NCBI GenBank assembly: GCA_963716725.1
Contig: CAVQUB010000009.1
Span: 96,001-160,000 of the forward strand
From: an uncultured delta proteobacterium
Lineage (GTDB): Bacteria; Myxococcota_A; Polyangia; Polyangiales; Polyangiaceae
DNA length: 64,000 nt
Direction: 5' to 3'
The translations under genes were made by a program, and so were the position numbers. Shown in pieces: positions 1 through 10,116 of the stretch (within the stretch, counting starts at the first letter, position 1; every line of letters starts with the position of its first letter). The notes under the pieces are model-generated. The model was not told the DNA's origin, did no database searches, and saw only the letters and a list, made by a program, of their open reading frames with translations.

Positions 1-1317
1 AGGAGACGGCGTGAATGGCCTCGGCCGCGGCCTTGCCCTCGGCGACGGCGTTGACGACTTCCTTGCCGCCGTTGCGGCAGTCGCCGCCGGCGTACCAACG
101 CTTGCGTCCGGTCGCGCCGTGATCGTCGGTCGACGATGCGGCCCGTCTCGATCACGATGCCCGGCGAGCCCGGACAGCAGCTGTCCCGAGCTTGCGACTG
201 ACCGATGGCGAGCAGCACGAGGTCCGCCTCGACCGTGAACTCGCTGCCGGCGATGGGCTGCTTCTTCGCGTCCGTGCGCACGCAGCGCGCACGCTCGACC
301 TTGCCGTTGCCCTCGAAGGCCACGGGCACGGCGTGCCGAACGCAGCGCGCGACGCCCTCGACTTCGCGGCCGCCAGCCACTCGTGGCGGTAGCCGCTCAT
401 CTGGGCCTCGCTGCCGCGGTAGACCAGCGTCACGTCGGGAACGCCGAGCGCCCAAGAGCTCGCGCACGCCGTCGATGGCGGTGTTGCCGCCGCCGATCAC
501 CAGCGCGCTGCTTCACCGCCGCCAGCGGTAGCTTGCCGAGCTTCATGCGCTCGATGAACGCCACGGCGCCCTGCACGCCCGGCGAGATCTTCGCCGGGGA
601 CGCCGAGCCGGGTGTCCGGTCCGAGGCCGACGCCGACGAACACGGCGTCGTGCTTCTTCTCGAGCTCGTCGAAGCGAAATGTCTCTTGCCGACCTCGACA
701 CCGGTCTCGGACCTCGATGCCGCCGATGGCGAGCACCCACTCGACCTCCGCGACGGAGCGGTCCGCCCGCATCTTGTAGGGCGCGACGCCGGTGGTGTTG
801 AGCCCGCCGATGACGGCGACGCTTCTCGTAGATGGTGCAGGCGTGGCCGGCGCGGCGCAGCTCGTGGGCGGCGGCGAGGCGACGCGGGTCCGGCGCCGAC
901 GAGCCCCACGCTCTTGCCCGTGTCGGCTCGCCGGCCTCGAAGAACCGCCAGCCCTTCTCGAACGCGCGATCGGTGGCGAAGCGCTGCAGCTTGCCGATCT
1001 GGATCGGCGGCACGCCCATGCTCGTTGTAGACGCAGTCACCGACGCACAGCACCTCGACCGGGCAGACCCGCGCGCAGCTCATGCCGAGGATGTTCGAGT
1101 CGAAGATGGTGCGCGCCGAGCCCTTCACGTTGCCGGTCGCGATCTTGCGGATGAACTCCGGGATGTCGATGTGGGTCGGGCAGGCCTTGATGCACGGCGC
1201 GTCGGAGCAGTAGAGGCAGCGGTTGGCCTCGACGACAGCCTGGTTCGCGTCGTACTCGGTCTTGTAGTCCTCGAAGACGCTCTCGCTCCGATCGGTGGGT
1301 ATCGGTTTCGACATCAT
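1..1317 (-). CDS. preT: Dihydropyrimidine dehydrogenase subunit PreT / GltD-like Fe-S flavoprotein, several frameshifts, 3' end at window edge
   Basis: RCLYCSDAPCIKACP and CARVCP Fe-S motifs, VGAGPAS and IGGGNTAID nucleotide-binding motifs, C-terminal AGGDCRNGGKEVVNAVAEGK; motifs lie in different frames; GGAGG before ATG. Confidence 0.8.
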
Positions 1318-1362
1318 GCCTCCGGCGTCGAAAGGGGCATCATAGATCAAGGGCGAGGCGCC

Positions 1363-1617
1363 CTAGCCACTGATCTTGCCCCAGGGCAGCCCTTTGGCCG
1401 CGCCGCCTTTCAACATGAACAGGCCCACGGTGATTGCTTCGAGGCGTTCTCGAAGGCAGACCTTGCAGGCAAACGCCCCGGCAGACACCGACACCACGGC
1501 TTCGGCTTCGCCTCCGCAGAGATCGCACTGGGCCAGGGTGTTCGGGTCTTCTGTGGGCTGATCGCCGGACAGCGTGCCTCGCTCGTGGACGCGGACCTCG
1601 ATGGGGGTCTTGATCAT
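1363..1617 (-). CDS. Small hypothetical protein with C4 zinc-finger-like motif
   Basis: CDLC-x16-CKVC; GGAGGAGG RBS upstream. Confidence 0.65.
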   Translation of the reverse strand: MIKTPIEVRVHERGTLSGDQPTEDPNTLAQCDLCGGEAEAVVSVSAGAFACKVCLRERLEAITVGLFMLKGGAAKGLPWGKISG

Positions 1618-1767
1618 GCTGCGTCTTCCTCCTCCCCCCGGGCCATAACATGATCTTCGAGGGTCCTCCGAAGGCAGGCGACGCGGCGCTTGTCCCGAGC
1701 CTCATTCGGTGGCATTCACGCGGCGTTCGGGCCATCGCACACCCACTGGAGGCCCAAGGAGACACCC

Positions 1768-2259
1768 GTGCCCTGCGTCTGCGGAATTGGCGAATCCACC
1801 GAGTCTCACTGCCTACCCATCATCAAAGGCGAGAAAGCCGCGGAGACGGCCGAGGCGCTGATGCGCGCGCGCTACTCGGCCTACGCGCTGGGCGAAGTGG
1901 ACTTCGTCCTGAACTCGCACACACCGGAAGCGGGCAAGGACGTGGACCGGGAGCAGACCGAGGCCTGGAGCAAGAGCAGCAAGTGGCTGGGGCTCGAGGT
2001 CCTGGCCACCGACGCCGGTGGGGCGGACGACGACCGCGGCACGGTCGACTTCGTCGCGCGCTACAAGGTCAAGAACGTGTCGCTCGAGCATCGCGAGCGA
2101 GCGACCTTCGAGAAGCACGATGGCAAGTGGCTCTTCGCCGAGGCCGAAGCGCTGGCGGGGCCAACGGTCAAGAACGAAGGCCCACGCATTGGTCGAAACG
2201 ACCCGTGTCACTGCGGGAGCGGCAAGAAGTTCAAGAAGTGCCACGGCAAGGCGGCGTGA
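1768..2259 (+). CDS. ychJ: YchJ family protein with C-terminal SEC-C motif
   Basis: Cx[56 protein letters not shown] before GTG. Confidence 0.9.
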   Translation: MPCVCGIGESTESHCLPIIKGEKAAETAEALMRARYSAYALGEVDFVLNSHTPEAGKDVDREQTEAWSKSSKWLGLEVLATDAGGADDDRGTVDFVARYKVKNVSLEHRERATFEKHDGKWLFAEAEALAGPTVKNEGPRIGRNDPCHCGSGKKFKKCHGKAA

Positions 2260-3032
2260 CGCCAGAGGCGCTGGGTGAGATCGCGCTGAGGGTCGCCCGC
2301 GAAGCCGGCGCCCTCGCCCTCGGCGGTTTTCGACGACCCATGAACGTCGCCGAGAAGGGCGTCCGAGATCTGGTCACGGAGTTCGACCTGGCCTCCGAGC
2401 GCTTGATCCGCGCGCGCTTGACCGAGCTCACTCCGCTGATTCCGGTCGTCGGCGAAGAAGAAGGCGGAGACCCGGCCGCGTCGCTGGTTTGGTACTGCGA
2501 TCCTATCGACGGAACCACGAACTACGCCCACGGGCACCCGGTGTGGTGCGTGAGCGTCGGCGTGATGGAGGGCGAAACGCCGCTGGCCGGCGCCGTGGTC
2601 GCGCCCGCGCTGGGCATCGAGTGGACGGGACACTCCGGAGGGATCGCCACGCGCAACGGTGAGCGCTGCGCGGTCAGCGACACGACGTCGCTCGAGCAGG
2701 CGCTGCTCGCGACCGGGTTCCCACGCGAACGCGAGCGAGAGCCGGACAACAACTTTGCGACCTTCATGGGCGTGAAGAAGCGCTGTCGCGGCGTGCGGCG
2801 CTGCGGCGCTGCGGCCATCGACCTGTGTTGGGTCGCCGACGGCACCTACGACGGCTACTGGGAACGGCGTCTCAACGCCTGGGATCTCGCGGCGGGGTCG
2901 GCCATCGTGCTCGCAGCAGGCGGGCAACTCTCCCACCTGGACGGCGGGGCGCCGCGGCTGCACGAAGGGCAGCTGGTCGCGACAAACGGGAAGATCCATC
3001 CGGCGCTGGTGGAGTTGATCCGGAGCGCCTGA
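2256..3032 (+). CDS. suhB: Inositol monophosphatase family protein
   Basis: [28 protein letters not shown] motifs; GTGA overlap with ychJ. Confidence 0.9.
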   Translation: MTPEALGEIALRVAREAGALALGGFRRPMNVAEKGVRDLVTEFDLASERLIRARLTELTPLIPVVGEEEGGDPAASLVWYCDPIDGTTNYAHGHPVWCVSVGVMEGETPLAGAVVAPALGIEWTGHSGGIATRNGERCAVSDTTSLEQALLATGFPREREREPDNNFATFMGVKKRCRGVRRCGAAAIDLCWVADGTYDGYWERRLNAWDLAAGSAIVLAAGGQLSHLDGGAPRLHEGQLVATNGKIHPALVELIRSA

Positions 3033-3181
3033 GCGCAACCACGCTCCCGCGGCGATCTTCCCCTGCAGCGAAGGGGCCACCGAAACCCGGCGTTTCACCC
3101 GAGAGCTTCGGCTCGAGGCGGTAGCCTGTCCGACATTCCGGTTCCCGGACCAGCTCCGCTCATCTAGCTTTCTCCGGCTGG

Positions 3182-4243
3182 ATGATTCACGAGCCGTTCC
3201 CCCCTCGGCCGGAGCGCCTGGTCGGTCGCGCGTCCGAGATCGCGACGCTCCGCCGACTGCTCGCTCGCCATCCGACGCGCGTCGCGCTGGTCGGGGCCGG
3301 CGGCTCCGGCAAGACGACGCTCGCTGCCGAGCTCGGTCATCGCATCCAGCGACGCTTCCCCGGCGGCGTTCATTGGTTTCGCATCGGGGCCTGGGACGAA
3401 CGCGTCCTCGCTCAAATGCTCGCGCTGCGCTTCCGTTCACGAAAGCGACGCCTCGCCGACGTCGCTCGCCTTCTGGCCCGCGGGCCCAATCGTCTTCTGG
3501 TCCTCGACAACCACGAGAACGACGCCGCCACTGCCGCTCTCCTCGACGCCGTCGGCGAGCAGGCACCGGTGAGCTTCATCGTGACCGCGCGCCGCTGTCT
3601 GGTGTCAGGCGTGACCATCCTGCCGGTCATCCCACCTCTTGTCCTTGCCGAGCGTCCGCCCTTTCCCCGAGTGGCGCGACTCACTCGCACGCTCCGCTCG
3701 AGCCCCCTGGCTCTCGAGATCGCAGATGCTCTGGTGGGCGCACGAATCGTCACCGTTCACGCGCTCGCTCGTTTTCTCGATACCCACGGCATCAGGAAAG
3801 TCCGCGCCCTCGCTCACGAGGACGACGTGCCAGAGGTGCTCCTGCTCGTCGACTTCGCCTGGTCGACTCTCCGCGCCCCCGCTCGCCGCATGCTCGCCGT
3901 CCTCAGCCACCTCGGCGGAGACCACATCGATAGCGAGAGCCTGCTCGATCTCGCCTCGGCAAAAGCTGAGACCCTCGAGCGACTGGCTGTCTTGCGCCTG
4001 GTGCAGGAGCCCATCCGTGGCCGCTTCACGCTCCACGCCACCGTGCGTCATGCACTCCACGACAAGACGGCCTTCGATCCCGAACGCCTCTTCGAGCACT
4101 ACCTGGCGCTCCTCGAACGCGACCCGGCGCGCATCGTTCTCGAAGAAGCCCATCTGTTTGCCGCCATGGACCACGCTCACGATCAGGGATCGCTCGAGAA
4201 GATCCTCCGAGTCGAGAGGCTCTTGGCAAACCTCGACACCTGA
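3182..4243 (+). CDS. NB-ARC/STAND-like P-loop NTPase
   Basis: LVGRASE start, Walker A GAGGSGKTT, Walker B LLVLDN, IVTAR, PLALEI, winged-helix-like LVQE..RFTLHA. Confidence 0.75.
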   Translation: MIHEPFPPRPERLVGRASEIATLRRLLARHPTRVALVGAGGSGKTTLAAELGHRIQRRFPGGVHWFRIGAWDERVLAQMLALRFRSRKRRLADVARLLARGPNRLLVLDNHENDAATAALLDAVGEQAPVSFIVTARRCLVSGVTILPVIPPLVLAERPPFPRVARLTRTLRSSPLALEIADALVGARIVTVHALARFLDTHGIRKVRALAHEDDVPEVLLLVDFAWSTLRAPARRMLAVLSHLGGDHIDSESLLDLASAKAETLERLAVLRLVQEPIRGRFTLHATVRHALHDKTAFDPERLFEHYLALLERDPARIVLEEAHLFAAMDHAHDQGSLEKILRVERLLANLDT

Positions 4244-4465
4244 AGGGTCAGCCAGACTCCTCCGTCGCCGACGTTTCGGGGTATCCGCGGCGAATCCGAG
4301 GAGGCCAACGCCTGAGCCGCTCTTGCGGCTGGGTAGGACGCGATTTCGGCCGCTCTGGCCAGGTCGCTGGCCGATTCCTCATCTTCGGAATCTGCCATCG
4401 GAGCGCAAGTGCGCTCCCTCCATCTGGCCCCGCTGACAAACCTCTGCGATCCTCTGCCCCTGCCC

Positions 4466-7372
4466 ATGGCGCGAGGTCACTCGAACGACGGGTCTGGTGA
4501 CGACCCCATGGAGTCGCCCAAGCCGACGCGACATCCACTTCCGCAATCGGACCACTACCGTCCCACGGTCCCGGCGCCGAAGATCCCGCTGCCGGCCGCC
4601 GCGCACCAGCCAAAGCCCGTTCCTCGCCCGACGCTCGAGACGTTCTCCGGAGACGACCCCACGGCCGTGTTTCCCAGAGCGCCACGCTTGCCGGCGGAAA
4701 GCCGAGCTCGCCTCGAGCCGTTCAACCCGGCGCCGGCCCTCGACGACGGCCCGCCACCGATCCGTCGCGACGACTCCCGCTCATTCCGTGCCAGCCAGCT
4801 TCCCGGCCGGGAGGACTCGCGTGCGTTCCGGCTGAGTCAACTTCCGGGTCGCGAGGACTCGCGCGCGTTCCGCCTGCGTGAGCTGGCGCGCCGACGCCCC
4901 ACGGGCAGCCCTGGGCAGCCCAGCGTGCTGCTGGTGGGTGCGCCCGAGACCTTGGCCGCGGCCCTCGAACCTGCGCTCGCGCGCCACCGCGTGCAGGTCG
5001 TGCTCGCCGGAACCCAGGAGGTCGCCGACGCCGTGATCGCCCTCGCGCCGGACCTCGTCGTCCTGGCGGGTGACGCGGCACGCGACTCCGGTCATCACAT
5101 CTTGCGTGCGCTCGCGCTGTCACCGCAGAGCAGCGTGGTGCCGGTGGCCATCCTCGAAGACGACGCCGAGCTCGAAGCTCGCCTTCGAGCCTTCCGCCAC
5201 GGTGCCGCGGCCGTGATCCCACGCTCCGCGAGCATGGACGAGATGGCAGACAGGATCGCGACCCTGGCCCGGGAGATCCCCGAGCGCGACGGCGAGTCGT
5301 TGGGAGACGTCGGGGAAGCCACGCTGCAGGAGCTGGTCCGCGCCCTCGAGCACGAGCTGCGCACGGGGATTCTGAGCGTACGGGCCGCGAGCGGCGGAGA
5401 AACTCAGGCGATCCGCATCGTGCTCGGCGGTGGGCGCGCGCTGACAGAGACTATCGACGACTTCGTGTCGCGAGTGCGCGACTGCGTGGTGACCGCAGAG
5501 CCACTCTTGTACGAGTTCGACGAACGCGCCGCGGGTACCGTTCAACTTCTGGGCGGCTCGGACGACGAGCAGGCCGAAGCCCGCGTCAACGTCAGGGGCT
5601 TGCGGGTCGTGTTGGCCGATGCGGACGCCGCCAGGGCCGACGCCGTTGCTCAGGAACTTCGCGAGCGCGGCGTGGACGTCGTGGTCACCGATTTGGATCC
5701 CAGCGAGGTTCGCTTCCATCGCATCCGCACCATGGACCCGGCAGTGCTGCTGATCGGTGAGGCGCAGGCCCAGGGCGAGGGGTACGAGTTGATGCGGCGC
5801 ATGCGCCGCGACACCCGGCTGCGGTGGGCGTCGCTGTTGGTCGTGCGCTGGGACGAGGTCTGGTCGGAGGAGCGGGCGGTGCCGGCCATCGAGCGGCTCT
5901 TGGGTACGCTCTCGGCCTTGGCCGAGCCCGAGCGCGCGCTCTCGGAGCGCTCGGACTCACGGGCGGCGTTCGACACACGCCTGGAAATTACCGGACCTGC
6001 GCGGCTCCTGCGCGGCCTGGCGTCGGCGACCAAGCCCGTCCGCGCGACGGTGCAGAATCCACGCCTGCGGGTGCGCATCGACGTCTCCGAAGGCCTGGTC
6101 GTGGGAGCGAGCGGCGAAGTGCTCGCCCCCGAGCCACGCGAGCTGTCCGGACCGGTGGCGCTCGCGGCGTTGATGGTGGTGTCGAGCGGTCGCGTGCACG
6201 TCGAACCCACCGAGCAGCCGCAGACCACGAACCTGATGACCACGCCCGACGTGGCGCTCAACATGGCGGACGCCGAGCCGCCGCCTATCCCGCCGAGCAT
6301 GCCCACGGCGGGGGTGACCGAGTCACGGGCTCAGCGGATCTCGGATCGCCCCCGCGCTGCAAGAGCGAAGCCGAAGCGGAGCTCTGCCAGCACGCTCGGC
6401 ACGCTCGGCTACGCCCTCGCCGGACTCTTCGGTGTGCTCCTGGTCGGGACCCTTGGAGTGCTGGTGCTCGGCAAATCGAACGAGAAGAAGCCCGCACCGG
6501 GCGCGCCGACCAGCCCGAGCCCGCCGGCGCTCGTCACGCCCAACGCCGCTGCGAAGCCGGCGCCGAGCGGCAAACCGGCACCAACACCCGAGCCCGAGCC
6601 GCCCCCCGTGCCGCCGGATGTGGCCGACGGGCTCGCCACCGCGCCGACCTGCGGGAAGCTCCTGGGCAAGTTGCCTCCCAGCCCCGGCGTCTATCCTGGC
6701 GCCGCTTACGATCAGATCCGCGCTGCGCGAAAGGAGCTGGCGCGCGGCGACATGAACGGCTCGCAGGCCGCCTATTGCAAGGCGATGCACTTCGATCCGA
6801 AGAACGCCGAAGCGCGCTCGGGCCTCGCGCGCGTGCTGCTCTCGCGCCGCGATGGCGCGGCCGCCGTGCAGTGGGCACGCGAGGCGGTCAAGCTGAACCC
6901 GGAAGACTCGAGCTCACAGATCTTGCTGGGCGACGCCCTCGCCCTCTCCGGTGACATGGTCAAGGCCGTCGATCCGCTGTTGCTCGGTCACGGCGTCGCG
7001 CCTTCGGACGCCGCAGCGCGGGCCAAGCTGGTCAGGTCGCAGCTCGAACGCGGCGCCGACGCGCAACGCAAGCAGGACCACGCGGCCGCCGAGCGCGCGT
7101 ACCGTCGAGCGCTGGCGCTGGAGCCGACTCACGGGGCGGCCGCCGCGGGCATCGCGCGGTCGCTCCTCGAACAAGGGCAGCTCGAAGCAGCCAAGCACTG
7201 GGCCCGCAGAGCCACCAATCTGGATCCCAAGTCAGCTGCCGCTTTCGTCACCCTGGGCGACGCGCTCTCGAAGACGGGAGAAGGCAGCGCTGCGTCCCGC
7301 GCCTGGAAGAAGGCCGCAGAAGTCGATCCCAACGATCCGGCGGCTCGCGCCCGCGCCATGACCGCCGAGTGA
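4466..7372 (+). CDS. Large membrane signalling protein: two receiver-like domains, DUF4388-like region, TM helix, Pro-rich linker, TPR repeats (start uncertain, 4409-4508)
   Basis: REC-like segments SVLLVG..APDLVVL and RVVLAD..DPAVLLI; TM GYALAGLFGVLLVGTLGVLVL; TPR consensus repeats (DPKNAEARSGLA, DPKSAAAFVTLG). Confidence 0.75.
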   Translation: MARGHSNDGSGDDPMESPKPTRHPLPQSDHYRPTVPAPKIPLPAAAHQPKPVPRPTLETFSGDDPTAVFPRAPRLPAESRARLEPFNPAPALDDGPPPIRRDDSRSFRASQLPGREDSRAFRLSQLPGREDSRAFRLRELARRRPTGSPGQPSVLLVGAPETLAAALEPALARHRVQVVLAGTQEVADAVIALAPDLVVLAGDAARDSGHHILRALALSPQSSVVPVAILEDDAELEARLRAFRHGAAAVIPRSASMDEMADRIATLAREIPERDGESLGDVGEATLQELVRALEHELRTGILSVRAASGGETQAIRIVLGGGRALTETIDDFVSRVRDCVVTAEPLLYEFDERAAGTVQLLGGSDDEQAEARVNVRGLRVVLADADAARADAVAQELRERGVDVVVTDLDPSEVRFHRIRTMDPAVLLIGEAQAQGEGYELMRRMRRDTRLRWASLLVVRWDEVWSEERAVPAIERLLGTLSALAEPERALSERSDSRAAFDTRLEITGPARLLRGLASATKPVRATVQNPRLRVRIDVSEGLVVGASGEVLAPEPRELSGPVALAALMVVSSGRVHVEPTEQPQTTNLMTTPDVALNMADAEPPPIPPSMPTAGVTESRAQRISDRPRAARAKPKRSSASTLGTLGYALAGLFGVLLVGTLGVLVLGKSNEKKPAPGAPTSPSPPALVTPNAAAKPAPSGKPAPTPEPEPPPVPPDVADGLATAPTCGKLLGKLPPSPGVYPGAAYDQIRAARKELARGDMNGSQAAYCKAMHFDPKNAEARSGLARVLLSRRDGAAAVQWAREAVKLNPEDSSSQILLGDALALSGDMVKAVDPLLLGHGVAPSDAAARAKLVRSQLERGADAQRKQDHAAAERAYRRALALEPTHGAAAAGIARSLLEQGQLEAAKHWARRATNLDPKSAAAFVTLGDALSKTGEGSAASRAWKKAAEVDPNDPAARARAMTAE
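4766..4876 (+). repeat. Coding tandem repeat, about 3 x 14 aa (REDSRAFRLSQLPG)
   Basis: RDDSRSFRASQLPG / REDSRAFRLSQLPG / REDSRAFRL; 42-bp period. Confidence 0.85.
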
Positions 7373-7412
7373 GGCTTGCCTCGCGGCGGGCTGCGCTCTA
7401 GGAACTCTGCCG

Positions 7413-8297
7413 ATGCCCGCCGGAAGTCTGCTCGCGCTGCTCGACGACATCACCAGCACGCTCGACGACGTCGCGGCGATGACCAAGGTCGCGACCAAGA
7501 AGACCGCCGGTGTGCTGGGCGACGATCTCGCGCTCAACGCCGAGCAGGTCGCCGGCGTGAGCGCCGACCGCGAGCTCCCGGTGGTGTGGGCCGTGGCCAA
7601 AGGGTCGGCCAAGAACAAACTCATCCTCGCGCCAGCGGCGTTGCTGCTCAGCGCCGTCGCGCCTTGGGCCGTGACCCCGCTCCTGATGTTCGGCGGCACC
7701 TTCTTGTGCTTCGAGGGCGTCGAGAAGCTCGCCCACAAATTCCTCCACCGCGGCGAAGCCCATGCGCCAATCGCTGAGGTCGATCCGCAGCAGGCCGAAA
7801 AGGCGAAGATCCGCGGCGCCATCCGCACCGACTTCGTGCTCTCCGCGGAGATCATCGTGATCGCGCTCGGGACGGTCGCCACGGCTCCGCTCCCGAAACG
7901 CGTTCTAGTGGTATGCGTGCTCGCGGCGTTGATGACGGTCGGGGTCTACGGGCTCGTGGCGGGCATCGTGAAGCTCGACGATCTGGGCCTTTCGTTGCTG
8001 CGGCGATCGAGCAGTGTGGCGCGCAAGGTCGGCGGCGCGATCATCCGCGCGGTGCCCTATTTGATGAAGGCGCTGGCCATTGCGGGCACGCTCGCGATGT
8101 TCTTGGTGGGCGGCGGCATCTTGACGCACGGCTTTCCGCGGCTCGAGCGGTTGATTGCGGGATGGGCCGCGGCGGCAGGTCCCGCCAAGGCGCTCGTGCC
8201 CGCGCTCGTAGACTTGGGAGTCGGCGTGGTGGTCGGCACTGTCGCGCTCACGCTCTGGACCGGCGCCTCGCGTGTGCTGCGCCGCGCCAAGTCGTGA
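7413..8297 (+). CDS. DUF808 (YedI-like) inner membrane protein
   Basis: SLLALLDDI..LDDVA..KKTAGVLGDDLALNAEQV; GAIRTDFVLSAEI signature. Confidence 0.9.
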   Translation: MPAGSLLALLDDITSTLDDVAAMTKVATKKTAGVLGDDLALNAEQVAGVSADRELPVVWAVAKGSAKNKLILAPAALLLSAVAPWAVTPLLMFGGTFLCFEGVEKLAHKFLHRGEAHAPIAEVDPQQAEKAKIRGAIRTDFVLSAEIIVIALGTVATAPLPKRVLVVCVLAALMTVGVYGLVAGIVKLDDLGLSLLRRSSSVARKVGGAIIRAVPYLMKALAIAGTLAMFLVGGGILTHGFPRLERLIAGWAAAAGPAKALVPALVDLGVGVVVGTVALTLWTGASRVLRRAKS

Positions 8298-8303
8298 TGC
8301 GTC

Positions 8304-9047
8304 TTAGCGATCCGGGTCGCCGAGGTACTCGAAGTGCATGGTGTCTTCGAGGGAATCGTGCCCGAGCCAGTAGAATCCGTGCCGCTCGAAGGAGTCGATC
8401 CAACAGCGGGTGAGTTCGGTCTTCTCGAAGACGCTCTTCGCCCCGCTCTTGCAGTAGCGATGGTTGGGCCACGGGTCGACGCACCCGCAACAGGGGTTGC
8501 GGTCGGGGTCGATGTCGATGGCGATGCCGAACATATGATTCGAGACCTCGCCCTGGCGATAGGTGTTGGCCTCGCGAAAGCCGCCGATGGCCTTGGGAAC
8601 GTAGCGCTTGCCCTTGCCTCCACAGCTCTTGCGAATCGTCCGCTCGACGCAGCGCAGCTTGGGCACGATCTTCTTGTGCACGCGGATGGGCAAGCCCATG
8701 AAGGTGATCTGCGCTGCCTGGGAGATCGCGCTGTGCTTGGCGAAATCCTCGAGGCCCGCACCCTCGACCCAGCCGTAGCGCTCGGCGCGGAAGCGTAGCG
8801 CTTTGGGCAGGCCGCCGTTCTTCAGGTAGTTCTTCCGGATCAAGAACGACTTGGGCTTCTCGCGAGCGCAGGACTTGCTCGACTTCTTGGGCTTCGCACG
8901 GCGAACCGCCTCGGCACGCTTCGGGGCACGAGCCTCGGCCCCTCGCTTTGGCTCGGCCTGACCGGAGCCGGGCAGCGCCGCCAGCAGCGCGCACAGCACC
9001 AGGCTGCCGCCTGCGATGCGAAGAGTCCACGACATGGGCAGTGTCAC
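8304..9047 (-). CDS. Secreted M15-family Zn peptidoglycan peptidase
   Basis: Signal peptide; R..SNH..G.AIDI and D.MHFE zinc-ligand motifs. Confidence 0.8.
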   Translation of the reverse strand: MTLPMSWTLRIAGGSLVLCALLAALPGSGQAEPKRGAEARAPKRAEAVRRAKPKKSSKSCAREKPKSFLIRKNYLKNGGLPKALRFRAERYGWVEGAGLEDFAKHSAISQAAQITFMGLPIRVHKKIVPKLRCVERTIRKSCGGKGKRYVPKAIGGFREANTYRQGEVSNHMFGIAIDIDPDRNPCCGCVDPWPNHRYCKSGAKSVFEKTELTRCWIDSFERHGFYWLGHDSLEDTMHFEYLGDPDR

Positions 9048-9180
9048 CTAGCGCGACCTTGGCCCTCTGCCCAAGAAATTCCACAGAAATCTTGGCCCGC
9101 GCGCCCGCGCTCTGCGCACACGGAGGCTGGGCCGGCCCGGGGGCTAGCGTTTTCGAACACGGCCTGCCAAAGGATCTCGC

Positions 9181-10104
9181 ATGAAGCGCACGTTGCTCCT
9201 CGCCGCACTCTGCACGACCGCCGCGTGCTCGACCGTGGGCTCCAACTGGATGGCGCAACCGCTCCCGGATGAAGAATTCCCCGCCCTGCCCAGCGGGGCC
9301 GGCGGCAAGGGCAGCAAGCCTCGTGCTCCGCGCGCCGGCGCCCTCGGTCCTCACACCCTGAGCGACGAGGACTCGGAACGCGGCGCCAAGCCCCTCAGTG
9401 ATGAGCCGCTGCGACCGGTGCGTCGGGTCGGCGGCAAGCTCGAGGGCAAGGTCCTCGGAAGGTTTCGCAACACCTACTACGACTTTCCCAGTGAGTCGGA
9501 TCACAGCGGTCCGACGGTCGCCCTCAAGAACCCCGAGTGCCAGACGATCAAGGACGTGCCCAAGGGGTTCTACGAGTCGGTCTGTGTGCAGGGCAGCGGG
9601 ACCCTGAGCAGCGGTCAGACCGTCAGCTTTGCCAAACGGGACTGCGCCTGCGCCGCGGTGTGCAGCAAGACCAACCAGAAGATCTGCTTCGATGCCCTCG
9701 ACCCGAAGCAATTCCCTTACGGCCGAGGCGCGACGGGCGGCGCCATCACGCCGCTTTACACGGTCGCGGTGGACAGCGACGTCATCCCCCTCGGCACCAC
9801 GCTCTACATCCCTGAGCTCGAAGGCATGCCGCGCGACGCCGAGTCCACGGGCCTGCACGACGGCTGTTTCATCGCCCAAGATCGCGGCTTGCGCGTGAAG
9901 GGCAAACACGTCGACGTCTTCACCGGTCACCCGAGCATGACGCGCTTGTGGAACAAGCTCGCGCCGAGCAACAACGGCGTCACCGTGGTTTTGGACAGCC
10001 CGAAGTGCGCCCGCGCTGGCAACGATGCGGCTGCGCTGACGGCCCCGGCAAAAGCCAGCGAGCCGGAGAAGAAGACCAGGACCAAGAAGCGCGACGCGGA
10101 CTGA
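9181..10104 (+). CDS. Lipoprotein with 3D (MltA-like) domain
   Basis: Lipobox AAC; TVAVD..VIPLGT.LYIP, AQDRG..VKGKHVDVF. Confidence 0.85.
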   Translation: MKRTLLLAALCTTAACSTVGSNWMAQPLPDEEFPALPSGAGGKGSKPRAPRAGALGPHTLSDEDSERGAKPLSDEPLRPVRRVGGKLEGKVLGRFRNTYYDFPSESDHSGPTVALKNPECQTIKDVPKGFYESVCVQGSGTLSSGQTVSFAKRDCACAAVCSKTNQKICFDALDPKQFPYGRGATGGAITPLYTVAVDSDVIPLGTTLYIPELEGMPRDAESTGLHDGCFIAQDRGLRVKGKHVDVFTGHPSMTRLWNKLAPSNNGVTVVLDSPKCARAGNDAAALTAPAKASEPEKKTRTKKRDAD

Positions 10105-10116
10105 GCGCGCGAATGT

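Noticed and set aside
4183..4400. Small minus-strand ORF (MADSEDEES...) between the NB-ARC and receiver genes
   Set aside because: Overlaps the NB-ARC 3' end; no recognisable motif or RBS
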